In this document: positions 10,934 through 20,896 of the stretch, piece after piece
Numbering within the stretch: the first letter of the stretch is position 1
Layout: each line of letters opens with the position of its first letter
Source of the DNA: Candidatus Schekmanbacteria bacterium RIFCSPLOWO2_02_FULL_38_14
GTDB taxonomy: Bacteria; Schekmanbacteria; GWA2-38-11
Length of the DNA: 64,000 bases
Direction of reading: 5' to 3'
Assembly (NCBI GenBank): GCA_001790855.1
Contig: MGDH01000022.1
Location: 7,116-71,115 of the forward strand
Made by a program: the position numbers and the translations under genes
Notes under the pieces: model-generated
What the model was told of the DNA's origin: nothing
The model's database searches: none
The model's input: the letters and a program-made list of their open reading frames with translations, nothing else

Positions 10934-11269
10934 GAAAACGAACTGTTATTATATTTCTTTTACTTTGTGTAAAATATTATGAAAAAGCAGAAATGATTGC
11001 TTTTTGAATTTTAATTGACTGAAATATAACTGATATAGGGTTATTAATCAACAAAAATGAATTAGTAATTAATACTTAGTTTATCATGAATTTTTTAAGT
11101 TTTCTAAAAAAATATTATAAATTAACTTTATTTTGATTATAAATTTTATATTTACAAAGCAATTTTAGATATGATTGAGAATAATAAAAGGATTTTAAAA
11201 GTAATTATGTGTTATTTTATAGATTTAAAAGAATTACAAATAAAAAATTAAATTAAAAAAGGAGGTTGT

Positions 11270-12160
11270 GTGAGAATTTTAGTAACTGGGGCGAGTGGAA
11301 TGTTGGGCAGCGATCTTTGCAAATTATTTTCTGAAAAATACGAAATATTGGCTACGGATCTTTCAAGTCGGATATCGCAAAAGTGGAATTGTGGTGCAAA
11401 AATTATGGAAATGGATGTAAGAGACTATGAAAAAATAAATTCTGCTTTTCAATTATTCAGGCCTGATTTTGCAATCCACTTAGCTGCAAAGACTGATGTT
11501 GATGGATGTGAAAGTGATGTTGATGGGGCTTATGGAACAAATACGATTGGAACAAAAAACATAGCGTTAGCGTGCAGGAAGTTTAATTCGGTTATGGTAT
11601 ATATTAGTACGGGAAGTGTTTTCGATGGTGAAAAAGAAGTTCCCTATACTGAGTTTGACATACCAAATCCTATGAGTATTTATTCTAAGTCTAAATACGA
11701 AGGTGAATTGATGGTTCAAAAACTTTTAAATAGATTTTTTATTTTTAGAGCAGGATGGATGTTTGGTGGAGGAAAGGAGGATAAGAAATTTGTTGCGAAG
11801 ATATTGGATTTGGCAATGGCAAGAGATGAACTAAAAGTGGTGAATGATAAATTTGGGTCTCCAACTTATACAAAAGATATTTCAAAAGGAATAATGACTA
11901 TGATAAATTCTGAAGTGTATGGGCTATATCATATGGTTAATCCTGGATATTGCTCAAGATACGAATGCGCAGAAAAAATATTAGAGTTTGCAAAAATTCA
12001 GAAATGCAGACTTATCCCTATCAATTCAGATGAATTTCCACTTCCAGCTAAAAGACCAAGAATGGAAGCTTTAAGAAACTACCATTTGGAACTTATTGGA
12101 ATGAATATCATGAGACCATGGAAAGAAGCACTCGAAGAATATATAAATGAGATAGCTTAA
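11270..12160 (+). CDS. rfbD: dTDP-4-dehydrorhamnose reductase
   Basis: 'ILVTGASGMLG', 'AAKTDVDGCE', YxxxK 'YSKSK', 'PAKRP'. GTG start with strong AGGAGG RBS. Confidence 0.85.
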   Translation: MRILVTGASGMLGSDLCKLFSEKYEILATDLSSRISQKWNCGAKIMEMDVRDYEKINSAFQLFRPDFAIHLAAKTDVDGCESDVDGAYGTNTIGTKNIALACRKFNSVMVYISTGSVFDGEKEVPYTEFDIPNPMSIYSKSKYEGELMVQKLLNRFFIFRAGWMFGGGKEDKKFVAKILDLAMARDELKVVNDKFGSPTYTKDISKGIMTMINSEVYGLYHMVNPGYCSRYECAEKILEFAKIQKCRLIPINSDEFPLPAKRPRMEALRNYHLELIGMNIMRPWKEALEEYINEIA

Positions 12161-12187
12161 GGATTAACTAAAAATATTTAACTGCCT

Positions 12188-13324
12188 ATGAAGATTTCTA
12201 TTATAGGAATTAACGGAATTCCAGCTCAACACGGAGGATTCGAGACCTGTGTTGATAATACAAGCACAAGGTTGGCTGCAAAGGGTCATGAGCTGACAGT
12301 TTACTGCAAAAGAAGAAATATAAAATTAAAAGATAAGTTTTATAAGGGTGTGAGAGTTATAAAGCTCCCCTCCATTGGTAACAAGCATCTTGAAACCTTA
12401 AGCCATAGTTTTTTGTCTGTAATTCACCTTTTATTTAAAAAATGGGATATAATTCATATTTACGGTATAGGGAGTTCAATTTTTGCACCATTTCTGAAGA
12501 TGTTAGGTAAAAGGATTGTGGTTTCTGTTGATGCCCTTGATTGGGAAAGAAAAAAATGGGGAAAAGTCGCGAGATGGTATCTAAAAAAGTCGGCTTATTT
12601 TGCTATAAAATATTCTGATGAAATGATTGTGGATTCAAAAATAATTCAGAAATTTTACAAAGATAATTTTGCAAGAGATGCAGTATATATTCCATATGGA
12701 GCATTAGTAGGGCGGAAATGTGATGAAAAGGTTTTGAAGAAATTTAGTTTAATAAATGATAAATATCTACTTTTTGTTGGGAGATTAATTCCTGAAAAAG
12801 GAGTCCACCACTTAATTAATGCTTATAAAAAGTTAGATACCGAACTTGATCTTGTTATTGTTGGCGGAGATTGGTTTGCAACTGACTATATTGAGCATCT
12901 AAAAGATTTAGCCAGTGGAACAAAAACAAGATTCCTAGGGTTCGTTTACGGAGAAGATTATAACAACATTTGCAGTGGTGCATATGTTTATATCCAACCT
13001 TCTGAAGTTGATGGAACTTCTCCATCACTTCTTGCATCAATGGGATTTGGGAACTGTGTTATTGTAAATGGAATTCCAGAAAATTTAGAAACTATCGGAG
13101 ATGCAGGTTTAAGCTATAAAAATAATAATGTTGAAGATTTGAAGGAAAAAATAAAATATCTTATATTAAATCCAGAAAAAGTGAATGAGTACAGAAAAAA
13201 GGCTGAAGACAGAATCAGGCATTACTATGATTGGGACAGGGTTTCAAAAACGCTTGAAGAGGTTTATAGAAAAATAATCAATGGTGAAAAAGTAGTTCCT
13301 GATCTTTATGAGTTTGTCAATTAG
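12188..13324 (+). CDS. Glycosyltransferase family 4 (DUF1972-type N-terminus)
   Basis: 'GIPAQHGGFET', 'LDWERKKW', 'VGRLIPEKG'. Confidence 0.85.
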   Translation: MKISIIGINGIPAQHGGFETCVDNTSTRLAAKGHELTVYCKRRNIKLKDKFYKGVRVIKLPSIGNKHLETLSHSFLSVIHLLFKKWDIIHIYGIGSSIFAPFLKMLGKRIVVSVDALDWERKKWGKVARWYLKKSAYFAIKYSDEMIVDSKIIQKFYKDNFARDAVYIPYGALVGRKCDEKVLKKFSLINDKYLLFVGRLIPEKGVHHLINAYKKLDTELDLVIVGGDWFATDYIEHLKDLASGTKTRFLGFVYGEDYNNICSGAYVYIQPSEVDGTSPSLLASMGFGNCVIVNGIPENLETIGDAGLSYKNNNVEDLKEKIKYLILNPEKVNEYRKKAEDRIRHYYDWDRVSKTLEEVYRKIINGEKVVPDLYEFVN

Positions 13325-13373
13325 TCTTGCAGTTAATTTATTTTATAGATAGAATTTCGAAATCAAGTAATCT

Positions 13374-14039
13374 TTATTGTTCGCAAGCCTTGCGAAGCAT
13401 TATAATTTTTTTGACAGGGTCATCACTGTTAAAAATTTCAGATCCAGCAATTAATATATCAGCTCCTGCCATGGCAATTTGTTTTGCATTATCATTTTTT
13501 ACTCCTCCATCTACAGCGAGCAAAATGCGGGAGTTTTTCTTTAATATAAGGTTTTTTAGCTCTTCTATTTTTTTTAATACATGAAAAATAAATTTTTGCC
13601 CGCCAAAGCCTGGATTTACTGACATAAGAAGGACTAAGTCAATATCAGGAAGTATGTATTTAAGGGTACTTATTGAGGTAGCAGGATTTAAAGCTATTCC
13701 TACTTTTGATTTAAAACTTTTTATAAGCTCGATTGTTCTATGAATGTGTTTACAGGTTTCCTGATGAATTGTAATAAATTCACTTCCTGCTTTTGCAAAT
13801 TGCTCGATATATCTATCTGGATTTTCTATCATCAAATGAACATCAAGTGGAAGTTTACTAATTTTTTTTAATGCAGTTATAATCATCGGACCAACAGTTA
13901 TGTTGGGGACAAAATGCCCATCCATGATATCTACATGAATTAAGTCAGCATATTGTTCAATCGGTTTTATTGCTTTTTCCAGATTGCTAAAATCTGCAGA
14001 TAGTATAGAAGGTGCAATTTTTATCATAGAAAGCTCCAT
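13374..14039 (-). CDS. rpe: Ribulose-phosphate 3-epimerase
   Basis: 'IAPSILSADF', 'HVDIMDGHFVPN', 'MSVNPGFGGQ', 'VDGG'. Confidence 0.97.
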   Translation of the reverse strand: MELSMIKIAPSILSADFSNLEKAIKPIEQYADLIHVDIMDGHFVPNITVGPMIITALKKISKLPLDVHLMIENPDRYIEQFAKAGSEFITIHQETCKHIHRTIELIKSFKSKVGIALNPATSISTLKYILPDIDLVLLMSVNPGFGGQKFIFHVLKKIEELKNLILKKNSRILLAVDGGVKNDNAKQIAMAGADILIAGSEIFNSDDPVKKIIMLRKACEQ

Positions 14040-15008
14040 TTAAAAATTTTGTTCTATTGTTTTTATCCCATCGATGAAAATTGTTATATAAGTTTTCCCA
14101 ATAACTTCAATTAAGAGATTAATAGGTTTTCCGGGTGTGACAATTTTGTTAAATAATTCTTTGCTTCCTTTTGCATTTTTAACAATAATTTTTACGTTTT
14201 TATTTTCACTACCATCAGGAACTTTATAGCTGAAAGGTCTAAAAGTTTTAAGAAGTTGTGGTTGAGTTCTAAATGATGTTTTATTTATTGTTAGCTTCAC
14301 AACTTGGCTGTAAGTTAAGGGATATCCAGGTTTTGGATCTTGATCAAAAACTGTATCCGGAGGCTGAGTAGGTGCTGATATTTTTTTTGGTTCTACTATG
14401 TTCACATTTAATTTGTTTAAAATTTTTAAAGCCTTTTCTTCCTTAACACTAATAAGATTAGGCATTAAGAAGTTATTTTCTTTTTTGCCAAGGCTTATTA
14501 AAATGTTTACAGAATCTCCAGGGCTTCCTTTTTCATCTGATTTTGGTTCCTGTGCTATGCAAGAACCTTCAGGGTATATATTTGAATGAACTTTTAAAAT
14601 ATCTCCTATCCTTAACTGCTTCTCTGTTAAAGATAATTCTATTTCTCTAAGTGATTGCCCCAAAAGATTTGGAATTAAGAGAATACGAGGTCCTTTGCTA
14701 ATTAGTATTTTAACCATTCTGCCTTTTTTTATTGTTTTACCAGGTTTGGGTTTTTGGAAAATTATATGGTATATTGGTATATTGTTATCATATCTTGTTC
14801 CTTCGACAATAGGATAAAGGTTATTTTGTCCAAGGGTTATAAGTGCTTGGTCTAGCGGTTTATTGGTAAGGTCTGGAATCGTGACATTTCCGCTTTTGAT
14901 AACAATATTCATTACCATTAAGCCACTTGTAAGCCCAGCAATAATGAAAGTTATTATGATAAGTGAATATTTTATTAGAGTTTTTATTAGCTTGTTTATC
15001 ATTCCCAT
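14040..15008 (-). CDS. Membrane-anchored PASTA-repeat protein
   Basis: N-terminal TM followed by three 'xPxL.....Q.P.PG' PASTA repeats. Confidence 0.85.
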   Translation of the reverse strand: MGMINKLIKTLIKYSLIIITFIIAGLTSGLMVMNIVIKSGNVTIPDLTNKPLDQALITLGQNNLYPIVEGTRYDNNIPIYHIIFQKPKPGKTIKKGRMVKILISKGPRILLIPNLLGQSLREIELSLTEKQLRIGDILKVHSNIYPEGSCIAQEPKSDEKGSPGDSVNILISLGKKENNFLMPNLISVKEEKALKILNKLNVNIVEPKKISAPTQPPDTVFDQDPKPGYPLTYSQVVKLTINKTSFRTQPQLLKTFRPFSYKVPDGSENKNVKIIVKNAKGSKELFNKIVTPGKPINLLIEVIGKTYITIFIDGIKTIEQNF

Positions 15009-15098
15009 TCTATGTATTTGTTTTTAGCCATATAAACTTATCAGGAAGCTGAAATTCTGTCAATCTATAGACAGATATAGTTTTGTTTTCCATATTTC

Positions 15099-15127
15099 TT
15101 GACACCGGAACTGTTTGAAAGTATTGT
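15099..15127 (+). promoter_or_regulatory. Putative sigma70 promoter of pgpA
   Basis: TTGACA-17 nt-TATTGT. Confidence 0.5.
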
Positions 15128-15194
15128 TATTTGAATTTTGCTACTCTCTTTATTAGATAAAAAATATAAAATAATTAAAAGGATATTATTTTCT

Positions 15195-15644
15195 ATGAAT
15201 AATTTGATAATATTATTTACGACTGGATTTTATTCTGGGTATTTTCCTATCGCATCAGGAACTGCAGGTTCCTTTGTAGGTGTTGGTTTATATCTGTTAA
15301 TGGATAGATTTATATCAGTTCCTTACTATGCAGTAGTAACTCTTGTTGTTTTTATTTTGGGTATATTAGCTTCTTCAAAAGCTGAAGTTGTTTTTGCTAA
15401 AAAAGACAGCGGAAAAATAGTAATAGATGAAATTGTTGGTTTTATGGTTACAATGTTTGCAATTCCTTCGACCTTGAAATATGTTTTGGCTGGATTTTTT
15501 CTTTTCAGGGTTTTTGATATCATTAAACCCTTTCCGATTCGAAGGTTTGAAAAACTTGAAGGCGGGCTTGGTGTTATGTTGGATGATTTTATAGCAGGGA
15601 TTTATGTTAATTTAATATTGCATGGGTGGAAATATTTAGGATAA
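15195..15644 (+). CDS. pgpA: Phosphatidylglycerophosphatase A
   Basis: 'GTAGS', 'D.GKIVIDEIVG', 'FRVFDIIKPFP', 'GVMLDD'. Confidence 0.95.
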   Translation: MNNLIILFTTGFYSGYFPIASGTAGSFVGVGLYLLMDRFISVPYYAVVTLVVFILGILASSKAEVVFAKKDSGKIVIDEIVGFMVTMFAIPSTLKYVLAGFFLFRVFDIIKPFPIRRFEKLEGGLGVMLDDFIAGIYVNLILHGWKYLG

Positions 15645-15708
15645 TATAAAAAAGGGTAAAGAATATAAACAAACTTGAGATTAAGACAGTTAATTTCCTT
15701 AAGATGAA

Positions 15709-15882
15709 TCATTTCTTGTTTTTCAGAAAGACATCATCAAAAATAGATCTGCTAATAGCTTTTTCAGCAATAATTTCTCCTCTGATTTGGTATGTTCCTT
15801 TTTCGATGTCTTTTTTAAGAGCTTCTATTTTTTGGGACCTAATTTTTTGAATATCTTTTAAAATTTTCTTTGAATTTGCCAT
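15709..15882 (-). CDS. flgM: Short FlgM-like anti-sigma-28 factor (57 aa; absent from the ORF track)
   Basis: Hand translation MANSKKILKDIQKIRSQKIEALKKDIEKGTYQIRGEIIAEKAISRSIFDDVFLKNKK matches the FlgM C-terminal pattern R..K[IV]..LK..I..GTY.[IV]....IA.K. Confidence 0.75.
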   Translation of the reverse strand: MANSKKILKDIQKIRSQKIEALKKDIEKGTYQIRGEIIAEKAISRSIFDDVFLKNKK

Positions 15883-15971
15883 TTTCTAGGTTCCTTTAAA
15901 AAATTAATATTTCCTTTTAAAGCTTTCTATTTTGATAACTTCTTAATCAAGAAAATAAGTTTATTAGGAAT

Positions 15972-15998
15972 CTATCGGTTAAACAGTATTTAGTTTAA
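15972..15998 (-). promoter_or_regulatory. Putative sigma28 (FliA) promoter upstream of the flgM-like gene
   Basis: Minus strand reads TTAAA-ctaaatactgttta-ACCGATAG against consensus TAAA-N15-GCCGATAA. Confidence 0.55.
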
Positions 15999-16189
15999 GA
16001 CTTAATTCAGAATAGTAAATAATTTTAATACTAATATCTTGGGAAATAAAAAAGAATTTCAGTATCTGAAAAGCTCCAAAATAAAAAATGATTGTGATTT
16101 TTGATATTCTCATTTATTATTTAAGCAAATTACCTTGATTTATTATCAATATTTATTATGTAAACAATAAAAAATAAAGAAAATATAAT

Positions 16190-17131
16190 ATGAAGAGAGA
16201 AGAGCTTTCAATATTACCAAATAATAAACTGATATCTACCATAAAAAAGTTTAAAAAAAAACACAATGCAATAATTCTTGCTCACAATTATCAAAGAGAT
16301 GAGATTCAGGAAGTTGCTGATATCTGTGGTGATTCCCTCGGACTGTCAATTGAGGCTTCTAAAACAGATGCTGAAGTAATAGTTTTTTGTGGAGTACATT
16401 TTATGGCTGAAAGCGCTTCAATTTTATCTCCCCAAAAGACAGTTATATTGCCTAGAATTGATGCAGGATGTCCTCTGGCAGATATGGTTGACGTTCCAAG
16501 ATTAAAAAAGAAAAAGGAAGAACTTGAGAACATTCCTGTAGTCTGCTATGTGAATTCTTCAGCTGCAGTTAAGGCTGAAAGTGATATCTGCTGTACGTCT
16601 GCTAATGCTATTAAAGTTGTGAGTTCATTAAATGATGCTGATAAAGTTTTAATGATTCCAGATAGAAATTTGGCTTTTTATACATCAAAATTTACATCAA
16701 AAGAAATTATCCCTTGGGAAGGATTTTGTCCTACCCATCATTTGTTAAAGGTTGAGGATGTACAAAAAGCAAAAACTGAGCATCCTAATGCTCTTTTTAT
16801 TGCACACCCTGAATGCACTCCAGAAATACTTAAATATGCTGACCATGTTTGCAGCACCTCAGGAATGTATAGGTTTGCTAAGGAGACCAGTGAAAAGGAG
16901 CTTATCATAGGCACAGAGGAGGGAATTCTGTATCGCTTGAAAAAAGAGAACCCTGATAAAAAATTTTATCTTCCTGCAGAGCATGTGCTGTGCCCGAATA
17001 TGAAACTTACAAGGCTTGAGGATATTGCTGTAAGCCTTGAGACCTTAGAGCCTGTAGTTAAAGTTCCTGAGGAAATAAGAGTTAAAGCATACCAGGCTTT
17101 GAAGAGAATGATAGGAATACCCAGAGACTGA
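16190..17131 (+). CDS. nadA: Quinolinate synthase
   Basis: 'AHNYQ', 'FCGVHFMAE', 'GCPLA', 'YVNS', 'AHPEC', 'CPNM'. Confidence 0.97.
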   Translation: MKREELSILPNNKLISTIKKFKKKHNAIILAHNYQRDEIQEVADICGDSLGLSIEASKTDAEVIVFCGVHFMAESASILSPQKTVILPRIDAGCPLADMVDVPRLKKKKEELENIPVVCYVNSSAAVKAESDICCTSANAIKVVSSLNDADKVLMIPDRNLAFYTSKFTSKEIIPWEGFCPTHHLLKVEDVQKAKTEHPNALFIAHPECTPEILKYADHVCSTSGMYRFAKETSEKELIIGTEEGILYRLKKENPDKKFYLPAEHVLCPNMKLTRLEDIAVSLETLEPVVKVPEEIRVKAYQALKRMIGIPRD

Positions 17132-17165
17132 GGGAGAAGGTGGGAAGGTCACATCGTTCTAAATC

Positions 17166-18461
17166 TTACAGGTATTTTCTCTCCATTGCCTCTTTCTTCA
17201 GCAAATCTCTGAAATCAGGATGGGCAATAGAGATAAGGGCTTTTGCCCTTTCTCTCAGGCTTTTCCCGTGGAGATTTGCAGCTCCGTATTCTGTTACAAC
17301 CCAGTGGACATCCCCACGTGAGGTGACGACTGCAGTGCCGGTGTCAAACCTTGGGACAATGCGTGAAATCTTCCCGTTTTTGGCTGTAGAAGGTAGGGCA
17401 ATAATCGGTTTCCCGCCCTCTGAGCGGGCAGCGCCACGGATAAAGTCAACTTGGCCTCCTATCCCGCTGAATTGTTTTGTTCCAATCGTGTCAGCGCATA
17501 CTTGGCCCGTAATGTCTATCTGAATTGCAGAATTAATTGCTACCATTTTATTGTTCTGAGTTATTATGAAAGGGTCATTTGTATAATCTGAAGGATGAAG
17601 TTCTACAATAGGGTTGTTATCTACAAAGTCGTAAAGATTTTTACTTCCCATTAAAAAACTTGAAATTATTTTTCCAGGATGGAGAGTTTTCTTCTCATTA
17701 TTGATAACACTTTTTTCAACGAGTTCAATTATACCATCTGAGAACATTTCAGTATGGATCCCAAGATCTTTTTTGTTACCAAGAAATGAGAGTACAGCAT
17801 CAGGAATTCCTCCTATTCCCATTTGAAGGGTTGAACCATCCTCTATGAGGTCTGCTATATGGCTCCCAATTTTTCTATGTACCTCAGATGATTCACCCTT
17901 TAGCAGAGTGAGTATAGGTTCTGAGCTTTCAACAACTGCTGTAAGTTTTCTTACATGAATGAAACTATCTCCGAAAACACGCGGCATCTGATCATTGACT
18001 TCAGCAATGACAATTTTGGCATTTTCAGCAGCAGGTTTTATGATATCAACTGATATACCAAAAGAGCAGAAACCATGCTCATCAGGAGGAGAGACCTGTA
18101 TCAGCGCTACATCAACAGAAAGAGTTCCATTTTTAAACAGTTTTGGAATTTCCGAGAGAAATATTGGGGTAAAGTCAGCTCGTCCATCATTTACTGCATC
18201 TCTAGTATTAGTACCCACGAAAAAAGCATTATGCCTGAAAATTCCTTGATATTGTTTATGTGTATAATCTGCAATTCCTGTTGTCAGGAGACTTATAATC
18301 TCTACATTTCTTAGTTTTGGGGCTAAGCTGTTTAAAGCCTTTACCAAAACCTGAGGTTCAGCGCAACCAGAACCAATAATTATTCTATTCCCAGATTTTA
18401 TTAGCTCAACAGCTTTTTCAGGTGTTGTTACTTTGTTTCTGTAAATAGCTGGCCAGTCCAT
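17166..18461 (-). CDS. Acetyl-CoA hydrolase/transferase (4-hydroxybutyrate CoA-transferase-like)
   Basis: 'TLQMGIGGIP', 'HTEMFSDG', 'SGIGGQVDF', 'VVTEYG'. Confidence 0.9.
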   Translation of the reverse strand: MDWPAIYRNKVTTPEKAVELIKSGNRIIIGSGCAEPQVLVKALNSLAPKLRNVEIISLLTTGIADYTHKQYQGIFRHNAFFVGTNTRDAVNDGRADFTPIFLSEIPKLFKNGTLSVDVALIQVSPPDEHGFCSFGISVDIIKPAAENAKIVIAEVNDQMPRVFGDSFIHVRKLTAVVESSEPILTLLKGESSEVHRKIGSHIADLIEDGSTLQMGIGGIPDAVLSFLGNKKDLGIHTEMFSDGIIELVEKSVINNEKKTLHPGKIISSFLMGSKNLYDFVDNNPIVELHPSDYTNDPFIITQNNKMVAINSAIQIDITGQVCADTIGTKQFSGIGGQVDFIRGAARSEGGKPIIALPSTAKNGKISRIVPRFDTGTAVVTSRGDVHWVVTEYGAANLHGKSLRERAKALISIAHPDFRDLLKKEAMERKYL

Positions 18462-19573
18462 TAGAATAAACTCTCAATAGGGAAGTATTTTTTCTTGAAA
18501 AGTTCAGCTAATACTTTCATGGTTATTTTGCCTTTATGGGTATAAGCACCTGATGCTATATCCGGGATATATTTAAGAAAATCATCTCCAGAATTTGTAA
18601 GTTCAAGAATATATGGGAAAAGGACATGGCTTATAGACAGTGAAGATGAGTGAGCGACCAGAGATGTAATGTTTGGAACACAGTAATGAATAACACCTTT
18701 GTATTCATAAACCGGAGATTTTAATGTAGTTGGCCTGCTTGTTGCTATGCATCCTCCCTGATCAATAGAAAGATCTATAATAAGAGATTTCTTTTTCATT
18801 GAAGCCACCATTTCCTCAGAAACTACAATCGGGGCTTTGGCTCCTTTTATATAAATGGCACCAATGACAACATCAGATTCCTTTACCCATTCTGTAAGAC
18901 CATGAACACTTGAGAAACCAGTATGAACCCCCTTTCCATAATGTCTTTCAACCATTCTCAGCTTTTTGATGTCTCTATCAACAATAAGAACATTCGCTCC
19001 TAGAGCTGAAGCTGTTTCTGCCGCTGCTCTGCCAACAGAGCCAGCTCCTATTACAAGAATATTGGCTGGTTGAATTCCTGGTGCTCCGCCCAAAAGTATA
19101 CCCTTTCCTCCAAAATTACTCTGAAGATACTGTGTTGCAACATGGATGCTTAGACTCCCTGCAATTTCACTGGTAGCTGAAAGTATTGGTAACTCTCCGG
19201 AAGAATCAGATATGACCTCAAATCCAATAGCAGTAATTTTTCTGTTTAAAAGTTCAGCAAGATATTTTTCACTTGCAACTGCCAGATGAAGAAAACACAT
19301 CAGAATACTTCCTTTGTTCATTAAAGAGATGACTTCAAATGGCGGCGGTGTAACTGTTAGTATAAGTTTTCCTCTCTGATAGGCTTCTTCAGGGGAATAG
19401 ACAATTTTTGCACCTTTGTTTAAATAATCTTCATCACTGAAATCGCTAGCTGTTCCTGCACCTTTAAGAATATAGACATTGTGACCATTCTTTACGATTG
19501 TGCTTATTGCCCCAGGGGAGAGCGGAATTCTTAAGTCCTGCTCTTGAGGATTATAAACTATGCTAATATCCAT
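18461..19573 (-). CDS. Alanine dehydrogenase-like protein (divergent active site)
   Basis: 'FLHLA', 'GGKGILLGG', 'GAGSVG', 'DLSIDQGGC', 'HYCVPN'. The conserved KVKEP is replaced by TVTPP. Confidence 0.8.
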   Translation of the reverse strand: MDISIVYNPQEQDLRIPLSPGAISTIVKNGHNVYILKGAGTASDFSDEDYLNKGAKIVYSPEEAYQRGKLILTVTPPPFEVISLMNKGSILMCFLHLAVASEKYLAELLNRKITAIGFEVISDSSGELPILSATSEIAGSLSIHVATQYLQSNFGGKGILLGGAPGIQPANILVIGAGSVGRAAAETASALGANVLIVDRDIKKLRMVERHYGKGVHTGFSSVHGLTEWVKESDVVIGAIYIKGAKAPIVVSEEMVASMKKKSLIIDLSIDQGGCIATSRPTTLKSPVYEYKGVIHYCVPNITSLVAHSSSLSISHVLFPYILELTNSGDDFLKYIPDIASGAYTHKGKITMKVLAELFKKKYFPIESLF

Positions 19574-19757
19574 ATTTTTAACTTAACTAAGGATAAAATT
19601 AAATTCTAATATTTCAAAAAATTTCAGAAATCAAATAGTTCTTAAAGCCAGAGGAAAAAGTTTAGACTAATTATTTGGGATTTTAATTTGTTTTAAACAT
19701 AGATGTCAAAATCTAATATCTATTTAGTTTGATACAACTTATTCGCAAATAAAGTTT

Positions 19758-20837
19758 TTAGTATTGCTGAAATAGTTTTCCCCATTTTGTGTTCATAAAT
19801 TCTTTCACAACCTTTTTACCTTTTACAGGATACCAGAAGAAATCATGGTAAAAATATGAACCAAATACAAAAAGATATACAAGTGGTGTATGGAAAAAGA
19901 GTTTCTGGAAAATTTTTAAAGGAGAAAACCAGAGAATATCTCCAATGTAGCTTGCAGTATTATCTCCGACAAAGAAGTTGAAGTTGACTTTTGATATGTC
20001 ATCTCCAACAATTTCTATTTCTTCAATTTTTCCAACACCCAAACCCTGTTCATGGGCTAATCTGATATATTCAAGACTCATGGGGTCAAAGCCCATCATC
20101 TTGGATGCAACTGCATCTATAGCAACACAATCACCACTTGCCAGAATATAGTCTTTCTCAACAGGAATCATTGTTCTTGGTCCTGGTCCGTTTCCGCATG
20201 TAGTTCCATCCATTACAGCAAAAATTCCGGAGTGGATTTCCTTTTGTATTGCCAGAAGGTCAACAAGGGTTTTATGGATTTCGCTGTGAGTGTAATGTCT
20301 GCGAGTATTTAAAAGTCCACCAAAGGCATTCTTCATAGCTCCGGTAGTTGTAGTATATATATGGGTTTTCATAGTTGGGAGATGGATAATATTTTTATCA
20401 AAGAAAAAGTCGGGAAGATAAATTCCTTCGGGATAGATTTTGTAAAGAATATTCATTTTCGCTTTTGGCTCGTAACGAATCCATTTTATATCTTGGGGAA
20501 GGAAATTATACTTTTTAGGAATATCATATTTTTTAAAAACCGGATTGAATTTATTAAGTTCTTCTCCCTTAAAAGCATTTGTAACAACGGTTTCATTTGC
20601 TACGGACACAAGTTCAGTATAACCAGAAGATTTTAATTTTTTTATTGTTCCTTCAAGCTGCCATGGGGTTGTATTTGCACCAGGGAAAGGGAAATGCCAT
20701 GAAATGTTATCTTTTAATATTGTGGTTTTGTTTTTTGACAGGAATTTATCAAATTCAGCCAAATCAAGTAATTTCTGATAGTCCTCGATTACTGTTTCAG
20801 GTCTTGTCTTTAAAACAGCAACTTTGGTTTTTGCCAT
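19758..20837 (-). CDS. DUF362 domain protein
   Basis: 'LPTMKTH...TGAMKNAFG', 'VMDG...G.GP', 'D.VAID...MGFDP'. Confidence 0.8.
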   Translation of the reverse strand: MAKTKVAVLKTRPETVIEDYQKLLDLAEFDKFLSKNKTTILKDNISWHFPFPGANTTPWQLEGTIKKLKSSGYTELVSVANETVVTNAFKGEELNKFNPVFKKYDIPKKYNFLPQDIKWIRYEPKAKMNILYKIYPEGIYLPDFFFDKNIIHLPTMKTHIYTTTTGAMKNAFGGLLNTRRHYTHSEIHKTLVDLLAIQKEIHSGIFAVMDGTTCGNGPGPRTMIPVEKDYILASGDCVAIDAVASKMMGFDPMSLEYIRLAHEQGLGVGKIEEIEIVGDDISKVNFNFFVGDNTASYIGDILWFSPLKIFQKLFFHTPLVYLFVFGSYFYHDFFWYPVKGKKVVKEFMNTKWGKLFQQY

Positions 20838-20896
20838 TTAGTTTCTCCTTATGTAACACACTTGTTATTTAATTCGTGGCTAATTTAAAAAACGAT

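Noticed and set aside
16135..16149. TTGAT-N5-ATCAA upstream of nadA
   Set aside because: Spacing is wrong for FNR, it does not match NAD-regulator motifs I know, and the context is AT-rich.
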